Below are positions 13,381 to 25,760 of a stretch of DNA of 64,000 bases, one piece after another. Location: positions 682,001 through 746,000 of the forward strand of contig MU008164.1 of the NCBI GenBank assembly GCA_010909165.1. The letters are read 5' to 3'. This stretch comes from Anthoceros angustus. Its lineage: Eukaryota; Plantae; Anthocerotophyta. A model generated the notes under the pieces. That model was given only the letters and a program-made list of their open reading frames with translations. It was not told where the DNA came from and ran no database searches. The position numbers were made by a program, and so were the translations under genes. The stretch's first letter is position 1, and every line of letters begins with the position of its first letter.

Positions 13381-13634
13381 GAAGAAGAAGAAGAATTTTA
13401 TTTAAGTCCACTAAGGACGGATTTCCGTCATGGGACTTGGTACTTAACAACTTGTACCATGGTTGCCTAAGCTACTTGCACCAAGGGCATCCATTCCCTT
13501 TAGGCACCCCATCTAAGTACCGATCCAAGCTCAGGATGCTTAATCACGGCGTTCTTATAAATGTGTGTCCATTTGGCTTAGGCCATTTGGACACGAGGCC
13601 CCTCCCCGATAGATTGGCCACACCCGCCTACACT
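13381..13634 (-). mobile_element. Candidate 5S-rRNA-derived SINE (SINE3-like) with RTEX-LINE 3' tail
   Basis: The reverse complement of 13503-13558 aligns ungapped with the local 5S sequence at 35110-35165 (35/56 identical; TTAAGC, GGATC.GTA and GATGGG blocks kept). It is followed by a short body, then the stem-loop + AATAAAA + (TTC)5 tail also found at LINE ends 29908-29959 and 35048-35100. The 5' boundary is uncertain. Confidence 0.65.
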
Positions 13635-14098
13635 TGGAGATGTACAAAGCAGGAATTCCAGGCTGAGAAATGGAGGGAAATGCCCGCCAAGTCTGCAGAG
13701 ATAACCGCCTGGGGACGGCACCAGCCTGGACCACGTCGTGCGGTCCACCATGATTTTTTACACTCACCAAGCCCCCGCACATACATGTCGGCAATCCGAC
13801 AGCCTGCCCCCCGAGCGGTGATGGAGGGGGTCTTCTTCTTCGCCTTGTGACGGCGAGTTTGTGTCGTTTAGTGTGCATGGATGCCCGAAATTATTTAAGT
13901 TTGTGATTATTTCGACCAGCTCAGCTTTAATTAATAGTTAGGATGCCTGTTTCTCTTTTTCCCCGCCAAAGGGAGCCTAGGACGGATTTAGGGTCTATCT
14001 CCACTGTGCTCCAAAGAATCTCGGAATACTTCCTGGAAGCAAGCAGGTTTCTACACCGCAAGGAGTATGTATGTTATGGAGGATTGGATTTCTGTGAA

Positions 14099-15723
14099 CA
14101 GGGAAGGAGAACATCCTTGACCTAAAGGCAACAGTTTAGTGGGTTTGTACATCACACTCGTGTCATGATCTTAGAAACTGAGAGCATGAGTACAAACACG
14201 CCAGATTCTTACTAACCACAGCAAAACCTCCGTCTTTCTTGAATCTCAGCCGTTCGGCTCGTACAACTGGCGAGTTGATGAGATACGATCTTCAGGCATC
14301 CTGCAACACCAAAATTGTTACATCTGTGTGCAGATGTATCAAGCAACAGATTCTGCTCATACCAACATGCAAGAAGTGACAAAGCGTAGCACCACACGGC
14401 TGAAGCGCATGCAAACAAGACGATGCGTCAAAATAATCTCACAGCTCCAAATTTGTTGACAACGTCCATTGTTGGTGGATAGTTCTTCAAGTGCTTGCTC
14501 ATCTTCTTCCCATCTTTTGCTAGGACCAAACCATTACAGACAAGGTTCAGAAATGCTGGTTTGTCAAAGAGCGCTGTTGACAACACCATGAGAGTGTAGA
14601 ATCTGTAAAAACGGACACAAATGTGCGACTCTCAACTGAACAAGGGATCGAGACTCTGGACTGCATGAGTGTGAACAGCCATACCAGTCTCTGCGACAAC
14701 ATGGGAATTGCAGGGTTTCAGCAAAAATGAAGTACAACACTGAGATAGGCACACACCATCCACGAGTTTGATCCAGGCCCTCATTGACAAAATGTCCAGG
14801 GAAAGATCTTGATTCTCAATGGGATAGTGGATCTAAGCATATGAATTTGTTAGAATCGTCACCAAGAGGAGCAGCATTTCAGCTGGAAGCCCCCAGCGTT
14901 CGGTGCAGTGGCAAACCTTGCAGTTTCGAGCGGCTTCGAAATTGGATAAGGGGGTGCTGCACCCTGTGCTGTATGGCATAACCTGCAGAAAAAAAATAAG
15001 ACAGAGAAAAGTCAAGTGCCCATCCCACTCCAATACCAGGATTCAAGTGGGCATCCCCCTCTGATCCCAAGATTTGCGTTCACTCGCGGATTAGCCAGTC
15101 CGAAATAGACAGAAACCCCCAAGATGAATACCTTAAACGCCCGGTAGACAAGTCCCTTCTCATGCAGCTGCTTGAAAACCCACCAGACACTTACCATAAA
15201 TTGGAGATCAAGCGTCTTGCAGTCATTCTTGAAGTCGACCCATCTCCCAACTCTGGTGATGATTTTCTCCCATTCCGAGCCAAACCTCATCACGATACTC
15301 CTGCACTCATCATTGTACTTGTCCATACCCATCGCAAGCACCTGTTCAAAGGCCAGAGCACTGTCAGCAATGCAATCTCCTGCCACTCGAGCGAAATCCA
15401 TCTAAACTTGAATCCCGCACCTGCTCCTTGTTTTCAATTCCCAGCTTCTGCTCAATCTCGTACTCGACAGGCAGGCCATGGCAATCCCACCCAAACCGTC
15501 TCCTGACATGAAACCCTCGAGCTGACTTGTAACCCGTCACAACGTCTTTAATGCTGCCGGCTAGAAAGGATATGGCCGTAATGACTAATGAGGCAGTCCT
15601 GTTGCGAAAGAGGGACAGTCATAAAAAATATTATCCGGCTTGCCTTCACTGCGCTTGAGCTGGGTGTGGAGCGCGTCGAAGGACTCCTACACTGTGGTTC
15701 TTCCCCTCGAGGACTTCCTCCAT
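14099..15723 (-). pseudogene. Cytosolic isoleucyl-tRNA synthetase pseudogene (intron-containing, internally deleted)
   Basis: Exon remnants: MEEVLEGK; FATGLPH; RRFGWDCHGLPVEYEI; YNDECRSIVMR...WWVFKQLHEKGLVYRAFK; VMPYSTGCSTPLSNFEA; FPGHFVNEGLDQTRGW; [14 protein letters not shown]; YLINSPVVRAE; VKDVLLP. GT-AG introns present (e.g. 15342-15420). Stops, frameshifts, and the CP1/editing region is missing. Confidence 0.9.
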
Positions 15724-16897
15724 TGCAAGGTTAAATTTTGAGAATGCACGAGACGGACACACTGCGCTGCCACCAAACATGGACAGCCGCTTTCGATGAG
15801 CTGAACGCAAATGCTGAGACCAGCCATGCCCACTGAATTGAAGTTCGTAAAACGTTTTCGCATCGACGTTTTTTGGAAGTGACATTTGCATGGGTAGACA
15901 CTTTGGGTTTGAGTAGGCAGTACATGATAGGTCCTCATGCAGGCTTGGTGGCCGGGGGTGCTGTGGTATTAGAAGCTGCTCTGGTTTCTGCTAGGAATCA
16001 ACGGCAGATTAGAGAGACATGCTACTAAATCAGCAGTTTCTGGATTCCGTGTTGAGGGCTGAAGAACCTGATCCTTCTTCAGAGACTGCAGAGCTGACAC
16101 AAATTCACAGCCGGTTCTAGCGCTAAACACGCTATTCATTGCGAGCTCAAATAAGCAGCTGCAGCGGGCACCTCAAACACTGAATCCGGTATGGCCTTAT
16201 ATAAGCGCGCCTGTTCCTGCAAGATCCTGCCCACGCTCGTAACACCAACACGAGTATGCAGTATGTACAGTTTCCATAGGTCGTGTGGCCCATTGCGTGT
16301 TTCCACTGGTCTGTCGACGGATGTACATCGTAGATCCGTTTTTCTTCGTCGCACTTCGCTTTTGGGGCTTTGAGTGCTCTGTTATTGTCGTCGTTATGCC
16401 AGGCCACAGTGGCTGATGAGCAACAGCAACGGCAACCTCCTGACGGTACTAGACAAACGGAATTCAATACGGCATAGCAGACGGGGGCAGACGACTGTGC
16501 AATTGGAACCCACAGATCTGAGTTGGCATTTAAAAGTGGAATCAGGTCCTGAAACCGTCTGCTGTTTCAGATTATGAACAACGATATAAATGAAATGTGA
16601 CGACTCACAACCGCGACGAGGGTGTCAGCCCTTCTAAACAGGCAACAAAGTATTGTAGCATCAAAATTTCCAAGAATTGCTGGACAAAAACAGAATTCTG
16701 CAATCCAGATACTGTACAGAGGGTTCAAATGTGTCCAACCTAATGAGCTAGGCTGCTGCACAAGACAATGTCTGAATTAGCACTGTGACAAGCTAGGCTG
16801 CATGCAGACACGTTGTGGTGGCAAGAAGGAGAAGACAGAGCACACCAGTTAGTGTCGTCTCTCTAGGCTCACGAACCAAGGTGACAAACCTGGCCAA

Positions 16898-19800
16898 CTA
16901 TGTCTCACCCAAAAGACCAGCACATAGCTGGGCCCGTTCATTCCTCAGCATAGCAATCTCCATCCTTATGCCCTCATCGCCTTGTCCAGCTCCCTCAGCA
17001 ATTGTTTGCTCCAGAGTTGCGATAATCCGTTCAATACTTTTTATCTGCTAATGTCTTGAGATCAGGAATGAGTAGCATGTACCAGGCTGTTCTGAATTAC
17101 CACAGGAACGCAATAGGTCCATGCAACAAAGATACGTAACAACCTTTCGGTGTGGCCATCGTCTCATGCCATTCCGTCGACAGATCTTTTTCAGCACAGT
17201 TGGGCAAATTCCTAACTCCTTTGCTGCAGCGTTAATAGGCAGATGAAAATGCTGTGCTAGATCGGTCATCTTCAGCTTGCCTGTCCTCTCCCTCTGCAGT
17301 AAATCATAGCTATGCAAGCTTCATCTTCTGCAGAGATCAGCCATTCAAGGATCCTCCTGCTTCAGAAGGTTGCACAGCAAGCCAGAAAAGAGAAGAAAGC
17401 AACCTGTGCTGCAGCATTGCTCTTGACAGGTTTTGCTGATATCATCGCAGATTTAACATGATCTGTGCTATCCATGCTGTTGCTCCGCTGAAGCTTGAGC
17501 TGCCCAGAACCCGCCTTGGTGTATCCACAATTCGAAAAATCTGACACTGGATAAGATGGCAAACAAGTCACATCAGTTAAAGGCTAGGGAGCTGATCTAT
17601 ATATACTAACTACGGGTGAATGACAGGTAGCCCTGAAGCTAGGAATTGGTACTGAAGTGTACAACAGAGCTAGACTCCAAACAACCACCGATGCCTCTAA
17701 CTTACACTCGAGAAAATCGTCAAGAGCCTTGTGAACAAGGTTTGTCACTCATGAAGATCAACGAAATCACCAACGGTGAATGACACGAAACAGACATAGA
17801 GGCACAGCAGCCAAAGTCAGCCAAAACATTTAAATTCACACCACTCACGGTGAGAGCACAGGGAGGAATACCCCTTGTGATTCTGTAAACAATTCCTCAT
17901 GGAAAGTCGACCGACCATAGATTGGCAAGATGCTTAAATGCTGTCGAATTCTGTCATAGCAGCCCCTTCCACGCCTGTATAACTGCGCCCTTCCAAAGGT
18001 TGGGCTCTCCTGTTTCTCAACAACATCCCCATGTATGGTACTGAATACTTTTTCTGTGCAGACATATCTGAAAGAATAAGATCTGAGATGCATAGTCTGG
18101 TGCTAGCTAGGTGCCAAGTAAAGGTGAATGGGAACAAAACCGCCATGATTCTGAGCCGCAGTAACAATGCCCAACGGCATGACAAGTCCTCTTCTAAAAC
18201 CAAGGTCAGATTGCTGTAAAGATGTGAGGAAAGTTAGTGCAAACGCTTAAGACTGCTGTAGACACGACCAGATGAGTAGCGAGCAACAAAACAAATCTGA
18301 TCTGATATGTTCCTGAACTCATTTGTCATGACCATATCACATTGCCACAACCAGGCCATGATACTTTACACTAGACTGACATTGGTGAAGCAATCTGACC
18401 TATGAACAACAAGTGCATCTCTCAGAAACCACTCAATATTGCCTCCTTGTTCTTGTCTGGTGAAATCTCTCACTGTAGCTTCACAAGTTCAAGTGAACAA
18501 CCTTCTACATGGTCGAAAATATGCATACCACCATGTATGATAGATATGCTAGTAGATCTGCCTGATCACACCAACCGGCAAATCCCACCGCGAAACTCGA
18601 ATGCATATTATGCCCAAGATTCTCACTCCTAAGTGGGGATAGTGTAAGCGTGTAAAGACTGCTTTGCAGATGACACCTTTCATCAGAGATTGTGGCAAAA
18701 TGTCCTTTCCCAAGCTCAGCAACAGATAGAGGGAGACTCCTATAAGCACAAGACACCCAAACTTAGCAAGCTCTTAAGATGGACTCAGCCATTCCTATGT
18801 AGACCGATGCACAAAAAGAAGTGGCATCTCACAGACGAAATTAAAAAGAAAACATAGGTCAAACAGCACATTATACACCAGGAAATTGTCCCATCAAATC
18901 AAAAGGCAGTGGCTAGGACACAGCAGGCCAGTTTACCCGAGGATGTACATAAAAGGTCAGGAAGAGCATTGTGACCCATCTGCTTAGGAAGACGGCTGCC
19001 AGAGGCATTCACGACACCATCTGAATCAATGCTGAGACCAGATCCAGCATCTGAGCTGGTCGAAAGAGAGTCATGTCTCAGCAGAAAGCCTTCCTTCCTG
19101 CGAAGAAGACTGTATTGCAGCAGGAACTGCTTGACATACTCTGCATTTCCGACGGGAAACCTGATGTAGATCCAGAAAAGTCGCATTCAGAATCCAGAAA
19201 CATTCAGCGGCACAAGCGAGATAGATGATTTCAGACTTGAAAGCTCAAAGGCAGTGGGGAACTGGGGAAGAAGAAGTAATTTGGGCCCCCTTTCAGTAGA
19301 CAGCTGGGGCAAAGTAGGTACCAGAAACGTTGCTCAGATACCAGCAACAAGAGTTGTGAACATTGTAAGGAAACTTACTCCACCATCTGCTGTTCAAAGC
19401 TGGCAGGAAATCCATCATCGATGCAAAACCGAGTCTGCAAAACCGCATGATAGCTTTGACCATCACACCCATGAATCTCAAGTTTTGTATCTTGCACCCC
19501 TGTTTACATGTGAACAGTAAAAGGCCTGTAAACACATGATCTCTCTGCTCCTTTGCAAGTGTGTCTAGATGCAAGACAATAACAGACTGCAACATCAGTA
19601 TCAGCATGTAGCACTACACACGTCGGGCCTTAAAAGTGTCAGCGGCAGAGAACACATGAACATAAAATTAATTATCCGCAAGCCCACAAGATGCATTAAG
19701 ATGGCGGTCCTGGCATTGAGCCCTAACCACGCAACGTTGCAACGGCCTTCACCAAAGTGGGTGGTGATGCATCTCATAGTTTTTCCTAGGACTTCCACAA

Positions 19801-20471
19801 CATTGAAAGGTTCAAAATCGCCAACCGTTGGAATGTATAATGCGACGCAGAATTTGACACGAGTCGCAGTTGAGCTGGCTAGTGGAACTTGGATCCCGGG
19901 GCAAGCTTCTGTCGATTAAACTGCCTGCAATCCCCCACCAGAAGAAACGCTCAAGACACCACTGGCATGCAATCGATGTTCCCTGGCAGCACGCGGAACC
20001 ACGCAAAGACTCGCTACCTGTGGACGCACATGGGGAATTGGTCCTCAAAGCTGGAGAGTAATTCACAAGATTATCGTGACCACTGCCACCAAACAGGGCA
20101 AATGAATCTTTGGCAATGTCCGCATCAATCTCATCAAAGGCAATTAGTTCTCCATTAAGAGTGTCCTCAATGCAGGCGCCCCCTTCGTCCACTCCTTTAC
20201 TGTCAAACAACAAGGAACTGAAATCGGGCTCTCCTCCCCCCACTTCAATCCTCGGAGTTCTCCGCGGCGGGAAGGAAGGCAGCGGCGTGAGCAGGTTGAA
20301 CGGGGGAGGAGGGACGTTGAATCCCGTCAAACTGAAGAAAGGCTCCTCGGACACACACTCTTTGGGGGTTTTCAGGAAATCAGAGATGTCAAAGCGGGGA
20401 CTGTTGAGGCTGTTGAGGATGAGGCTGTCGAAATTGGGGGAGCCCCCAGTCATCTTCTTCTCTTCACACAT
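16898..20471 (-). CDS. RWP-RK transcription factor, MID/RKD-like (C-terminal RWP-RK, no PB1), multi-exon
   Basis: Exon about 17143-17330: LKMTDLAQHFHLPINAAAKELGICPTVLKKICRRNGMRRWPHRK|gt. Last exon IKSIERIIATLEQ...LLGET* ends at 16898. Upstream exons carry CDSCQILRRIIHSN, TKLEIHG..YHAVL and EYVKQFLLQY. The first exon is ORF 20471 (MCEEKK). Not all internal splice sites were resolved. Confidence 0.85.
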
Positions 20472-21261
20472 GGTGCAACCAAAGAGAGGCTGTTACCGGA
20501 TCACACAAGACAATGAAACAGCGGCCAAACATGAGCCATCCGGCCCTGGGGAATCACAGGGCACAGATGGCAGGGAGAGGTGCAATGATCCCGGGGCTGG
20601 ACTGCCATGGATCACATGCTCAGGCAGCGGCGCGTGAGAAATGGCAGCACATTGCAAAGATAGAGGAGAAACCGGACTTGGTAGAAAAGGTGTATGAGAG
20701 ATGTCGAGGGAGACATGAGGCAGGGTTGAGCAAGATGGAAAGTCACGCACGCCAGAGTAGCAAGGGTAGTCAGCCTACCACACGCAAGCAAATTGTGACC
20801 CAAGCCGATGGCGTTCAAGAGGCCCTCCACGGGCTCCTGATGCTCCGCACTCAAACAAAGCCTCTCAAATCTCAGCTCATTTAGGTGTATCCTACCGTCT
20901 GAATTCGCTCTCTCGGCAAACAACTACCTTGCGTTCGTGAGTCCCAATAATAACCTAAATAAAAAGTCCCGGAACAAACCTGCACGGGGCAACCGCTGAT
21001 GAGATGGCGATAGTGTACTCCTCCAAGCCAGGACCCAGTGCTTTGATGCACAATCTCGGCCAGGAAGTACAGACACTGCCAGATAGTGCATCAAAGCCCT
21101 GGCTGGACAGGATCAACACACAAGCACAGCAGTACAGCACCACCGTTGCACTCAAAGCTCGCACTGTTGAGTCAATCTGAGTGCAAGAGAGGTGCTGCTA
21201 ATGCATGCCAAGGCCTCGTCCAAAGCTCTTCCGCTAAGCCTGCTTCCCTCCCTTGACGCAA

Positions 21262-21813
21262 TCAATCTCTCTTCCTCCGCTTCTTCTTCTTCCTTTTCGT
21301 CTCCGCAGGCTCTTCCTCCTCGTCTTCCTCTTCCGCGTCTTCATCCCTCCTTCTATCTGCAGTCTTCGGTTGCAAGTCCTCCGGCAAATCATCATCCAAA
21401 ACTGGCCTGAGCTTGGGATTCTTGAGCTGCTGCGTCCTGGAGGGGCGAGACATGTACACCCTCTCATTCTTACACTCGTAAGTCCAGTGGCCCGGTTGGC
21501 AGCACTTCTGGCACACCATCCTGTGCTGTCCCCCGCCGTCCCCTGCCTTCACAGACTTAAGATCCTTCCGCACCCCGAGCTTCACGGCCTTCTCTGTGCT
21601 CATGAGATACATCTGCCGCTTGGCTTCCTTCCGCTCCTGCCATCAGCTGGGGCCTTCCTCCTTCTGCCCGTACGCGTTCACATTCCGAGCTGCCGCAGCA
21701 GCAGCCCGCTCCGCCTGCGCCCTGCTCAGGCCCTTGGCCGCGCTCAGAGCTGCTGCCTTGATCCTGTCCGCCGCTGCAGCCGCTGCATCCGCGTTCTCCT
21801 TCTTCGTCGCCAT
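21262..21813 (-). pseudogene. ZCCHC10-like zinc-knuckle gene, copy 1 (premature TGA)
   Basis: Same sequence as 25209-25760, but CGA is changed to TGA at about 21642-21644. Confidence 0.8.
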
Positions 21814-21991
21814 CGAGGATGCTGTCTCGCGACGACTGTCGAAGGATGAGCGTCTTCAGGGGAGACCCCGTCCGGGCAGAATCGTCACACGATTTAGGGT
21901 TTCAACAACTCGGGATTCATAAATACGAGCACGACATCACACCCGAGCATGAAGTAAAGAAAGCACTGAGTATGCTCGGGTGCAGAGCGGC

Positions 21992-23019
21992 ATGGCTCAG
22001 GACCACAATGACGTCTACGCGCGGGAAGAGTCGCAGAAGCGGTCGGAGATCTACACCTACGATGCGCCCTGGCTGATCTATGGCATGAACTGGAGCGTGC
22101 GCAAGGACAAGAAATTCCGGCTCGCAATCGGCAGTTTCCTCGAGGAGATCAACAACAAGGTGGAAATCGTGCAACTGGATGATGAGACCGGGGATTTCAA
22201 AGCGGACCCCAAGCTGTCTTTCGACCATCCTTACCCGACGACGAAGATCATGTTCATCCCGGACAAGGAGTGCCAGAAGCCTGACCTGCTTGCCACCACG
22301 GGGGATTATCTGCGGATTTGGCAGGTGCACGACGAGCAAGTGGAGTCCAAGAGCCTGCTGAACAACAACAAGCACAGCGAGTTCTGTGCCCCTCTCACCT
22401 CCTTCGACTGGAACGAGGCGGAGCCGAAGCGGGTGGGCACCTCCAGCATAGATACCACTTGTACTATTTGGGACATTGAGAAGGAGGTGGTGGACACGCA
22501 GCTCATTGCTCATGACAAGGAGGTTTATGACATTGCATGGGGGGGAGCTGGAGTGTTTGCTTCCGTGTCTGCAGACGGTTCGGTGCGGGTTTTCGATTTG
22601 CGGGACAAGGAGCACTCCACCATCATCTACGAGAGTCCTCAGCCTGACACCCCCCACCCAGGCTGGGGTGGAACAAGCAGGATCCCGCTACATGGCTACA
22701 ATTCTCATGGACAACTCAAGGTTGTGGTTTTGGATATCAGGTTTCCGACTTTGCCTGTGGCTGAGCTTCAACGGCATCAGGCATGCGTGAACTTGTGGCC
22801 TGGGCTCCTCACAGCTCGTGCCACATATGCACGGCAGGAGATGACTCCCAGGCACTCATCTGGGACCTGTCTACCATGAGCCAGCCGGTGGACGGTGGCT
22901 TGGACCCCATTCTGGCCTACACTGCTGGAGCCGAGATTTACCAGCTGCAGTGGTCCTCTACTCAGCCGGACTGGGTTGCCATAGCCTTCTCCAAGAAGCT
23001 GCAGATCTTACGGGTCTGA
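21992..23019 (+). CDS. LWD: WD40 protein of the LWD1/AN11/DCAF7 family, copy 1 (frameshifts in 3' half)
   Basis: [31 protein letters not shown]...[10 protein letters not shown]...[15 protein letters not shown]...[15 protein letters not shown]. Intronless. Small deletions near 22650-22795, possibly consensus errors. Confidence 0.9.
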
Positions 23020-23691
23020 ATGTTGCATCCAGTTTTGGGACGAACACACTTCGGTATGGCTGTTTTCAGAGGGTTTACGGGGACCTCGACTTTTATCTGT
23101 CGGCAACACAGGGTGTAGGCCAGTATTCATTTGAAACATCAGGACGATTCTCCTGCTCCGCAACGTCAGACCGTCACAGTCTTCCTGGCAGCCGTTCTCT
23201 TGAGTTGGTGCATATGGTTGCCATGCCATCTATTCTGCCCATTTGAACCCCATGGGCGATGGAGGTTCGATGGTACGTTTCACGTTACCACCGAGTTGCC
23301 ATTGTCCTCCCTGTAGATGGATGTTTGTTGCTGCCCTTCGTCTCATTATCTGGTGCTTGTTCAACAGATGTGCTGGTGGGCTCAAGGCTGACTGGTGGAA
23401 GCGCTGGTGGGGTGGGAGCAACTTGAAGCGTGCGCAAAGAATGAAAGGACTTCGTCTTTGTCTGCGCTGACGTGATTTCTCTGGACCCATTCAATTGACC
23501 ACTTGGCAAACAGTGAATGCCTGACTTGTTGAAACACGTTTTCCGGCATTTAGCTGAGCAATCGTTGACGACTTCTTGCATGACACTGTGCTTGTCCCCA
23601 TGTAGCTTGTCCTTTCTGGTTGTCAGACTATAAACACACCAAGGAACGTTGGGTGAATGTTCTCGATACCTCAAGTTCGTCGTGGGCCGTG

Positions 23692-24526
23692 GCTTTGATG
23701 CACAATCTCGGCCAGGAAGTACAGACACTGCCAGATAGTGCATCAAAGCCCTGGCTGGACAGGATCAACACACAAGCACAGCAGTACAGCACCACCGTTG
23801 CACTCAAAGCTCGCACTGTTGAGTCAATCTGAGTGCAAGAGAGGTGCTGCTAATGCATGCCAAGGCCTCGTCCAAAGCTCTTCCGCTAAGCCTGCTTCCT
23901 CCCTTGACGCAATCAATCTCTTCCTCCGCTTCTTCTTCTTCCTTTTCGTCTCCGCAGGCTCTTCCTCCTCGTCTTCCTCTTCCGCGTCTTCATCCCTCCT
24001 TCTATCTGCAGTCTTCGGTTGCAAGTCCTCCGGCAAATCATCATCCAAAACTGGCCTGAGCTTGGGATTCTTGAGCTGCTGCGTCCTGGAGGGCGAGACA
24101 TGTACACCCTCTCATTCTTACACTCGTAAGTCCAGTGGCCCGGTTGGCAGCACTTCTGGCACACCATCCTGTGCTGTCCCCGCCGTCCCCTGCCTTCACA
24201 GACTTAAGATCCTTCCGCACCCTGAGCTTCACGGCCTTCTCTGTGCTCATGAGATACATCTGCCGCTTGGCTTCCTTCCGCTCCTGCCATCAGCTGGGGC
24301 CTTCCTCCTTCTGCCCGTACGCGTTCACATTCCGAGCTGCCGCAGCAGCAGCCCGCTCCGCCTGCGCCCTGCTCAGGCCCTTGGCCGCGCTCAGAGCTGC
24401 TGCCTTGATCCTGTCCGCCGCTGCAGCCGCTGCATCCGCGTTCTCCTTCTTCGTCGCCATCGAGGATGCTGTCTCGCGACGACTGTCGAAGGATGAGCGT
24501 CTTCAGGGAGACCCGTCCGGGCAGAA
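23692..24526 (-). pseudogene. Partial tandem duplicate carrying zinc-knuckle copy 2 (same TGA plus frameshifts)
   Basis: Near-identical to 21040-21880, with the TGA at about 24289-24291. Confidence 0.85.
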
Positions 24527-24769
24527 TGTACAGAAGCTTACGATGAGAACCAGTTTTAATCTGATCAGGTAGAAAGATAGCTAAGCCATCCGAGAATAAG
24601 GCTGGAAATCCCTTGTTTTTCGCGAGGAAAACAGGCTGATTAAAAAACGGCAACTAGGCCGAAAAGGTTACCGAGATGGACTTAAGATTCCATCCGAATG
24701 CTAGTTGGGCGTGGAGGAAGAAAGTCTTCCATAGATCCATGCACCAATATCGAGTGTGCCCTAAGGGCT

Positions 24770-24963
24770 TGTTAAATATATAAGTTTTACTTAGGGTACG
24801 TTGCTACCGCTTAGGTTTAGCAGTCAGTTTTAATTATTATTTTAGGTTTAGTTCATAAACTCCTTTGTTTCTCATTGAACTTATTGCACGTTCTTCTATG
24901 TTATCAATCGTCTTGATCCGTGCTCACATGTAATAATCACGAAAGTGAACATGGTATCAGAGC
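24770..24963 (+). mobile_element. Truncated LTR retrotransposon 5' end (LTR ending AACA + PBS)
   Basis: TGGTATCAGAGC at 24952-24963 lies right after ...GTGAACA. The LTR start (TGTTAAA at 24770) is tentative. Confidence 0.6.
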
Positions 24964-25208
24964 AGTACATATTATGACCTGTATATCCTTGTCTAATTTG
25001 TGATCCAATTGTGATCACATTTTTCCTCGGAATTATAGAAAATCAAGAAGCTCCACATTTTTCCTCGGAATTATGGAAAATCAAGAAGCTCCATTTTCTT
25101 ATTTCGGGTTCTTTATTTAGTCTCTGATGTGCAAGAGAGGTGCTGCTAATGCATGCCAAGGCCTCGTCCAAAGCTCTTCCGCTAAGCCTGCTTCCTCCCT
25201 TGACGCAA

Positions 25209-25760
25209 TCAATCTCTCTTCCTCCGCTTCTTCTTCTTCCTTTTCGTCTCCGCAGGCTCTTCCTCCTCGTCTTCCTCTTCCGCGTCTTCATCCCTCCTTC
25301 TATCTGCAGTCTTCGGTTGCAAGTCCTCCGGCAAATCATCATCCAAAACTGGCCTGAGCTTGGGATTCTTGAGCTGCTGCGTCCTGGAGGGGCGAGACAT
25401 GTACACCCTCTCATTCTTACACTCGTAAGTCCAGTGGCCCGGTTGGCAGCACTTCTGGCACACCATCCTGTGCTGTCCCCCGCCGTCCCCTGCCTTCACA
25501 GACTTAAGATCCTTCCGCACCCCGAGCTTCACGGCCTTCTCTGTGCTCATGAGATACATCTGCCGCTTGGCTTCCTTCCGCTCCTGCCATCGGCTAGGGC
25601 CTTCCTCCTTCTGCCCGTACGCGTTCACATTCCGAGCTGCCGCAGCAGCAGCCCGCTCCGCCTGCGCCCTGCTCAGGCCCTTGGCCGCGCTCAGAGCTGC
25701 TGCCTTGATCCTGTCCGCCGCTGCAGCCGCTGCATCCGCGTTCTCCTTCTTCGTCGCCAT
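25209..25760 (-). CDS. ZCCHC10-like CCHC zinc-knuckle protein, copy 3 (open)
   Basis: 183-aa ORF with NVNAYGQKEEGPSRWQERKEAKRQMYLMSTE and CQKCCQPGHWTYECKNERVYMSRPSRTQQLKNPKL. The true C-terminus is uncertain. Confidence 0.85.
   Translation of the reverse strand: MATKKENADAAAAAADRIKAAALSAAKGLSRAQAERAAAAAARNVNAYGQKEEGPSRWQERKEAKRQMYLMSTEKAVKLGVRKDLKSVKAGDGGGQHRMVCQKCCQPGHWTYECKNERVYMSRPSRTQQLKNPKLRPVLDDDLPEDLQPKTADRRRDEDAEEEDEEEEPAETKRKKKKRRKRD

Noticed and set aside
21917-22657. 246-aa minus-strand ORF (and similar long ORFs 21253-21849, 23738-24496, 25140-25796, 26181-26774)
   Set aside because: Antisense shadows of GC-rich real genes.
22650-22800. Programmed frameshifting or true pseudogenisation in LWD (and the RLP frameshift near 47962)
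   Set aside because: The indels are copy-specific and small, consistent with uncorrected long-read errors seen throughout the window.
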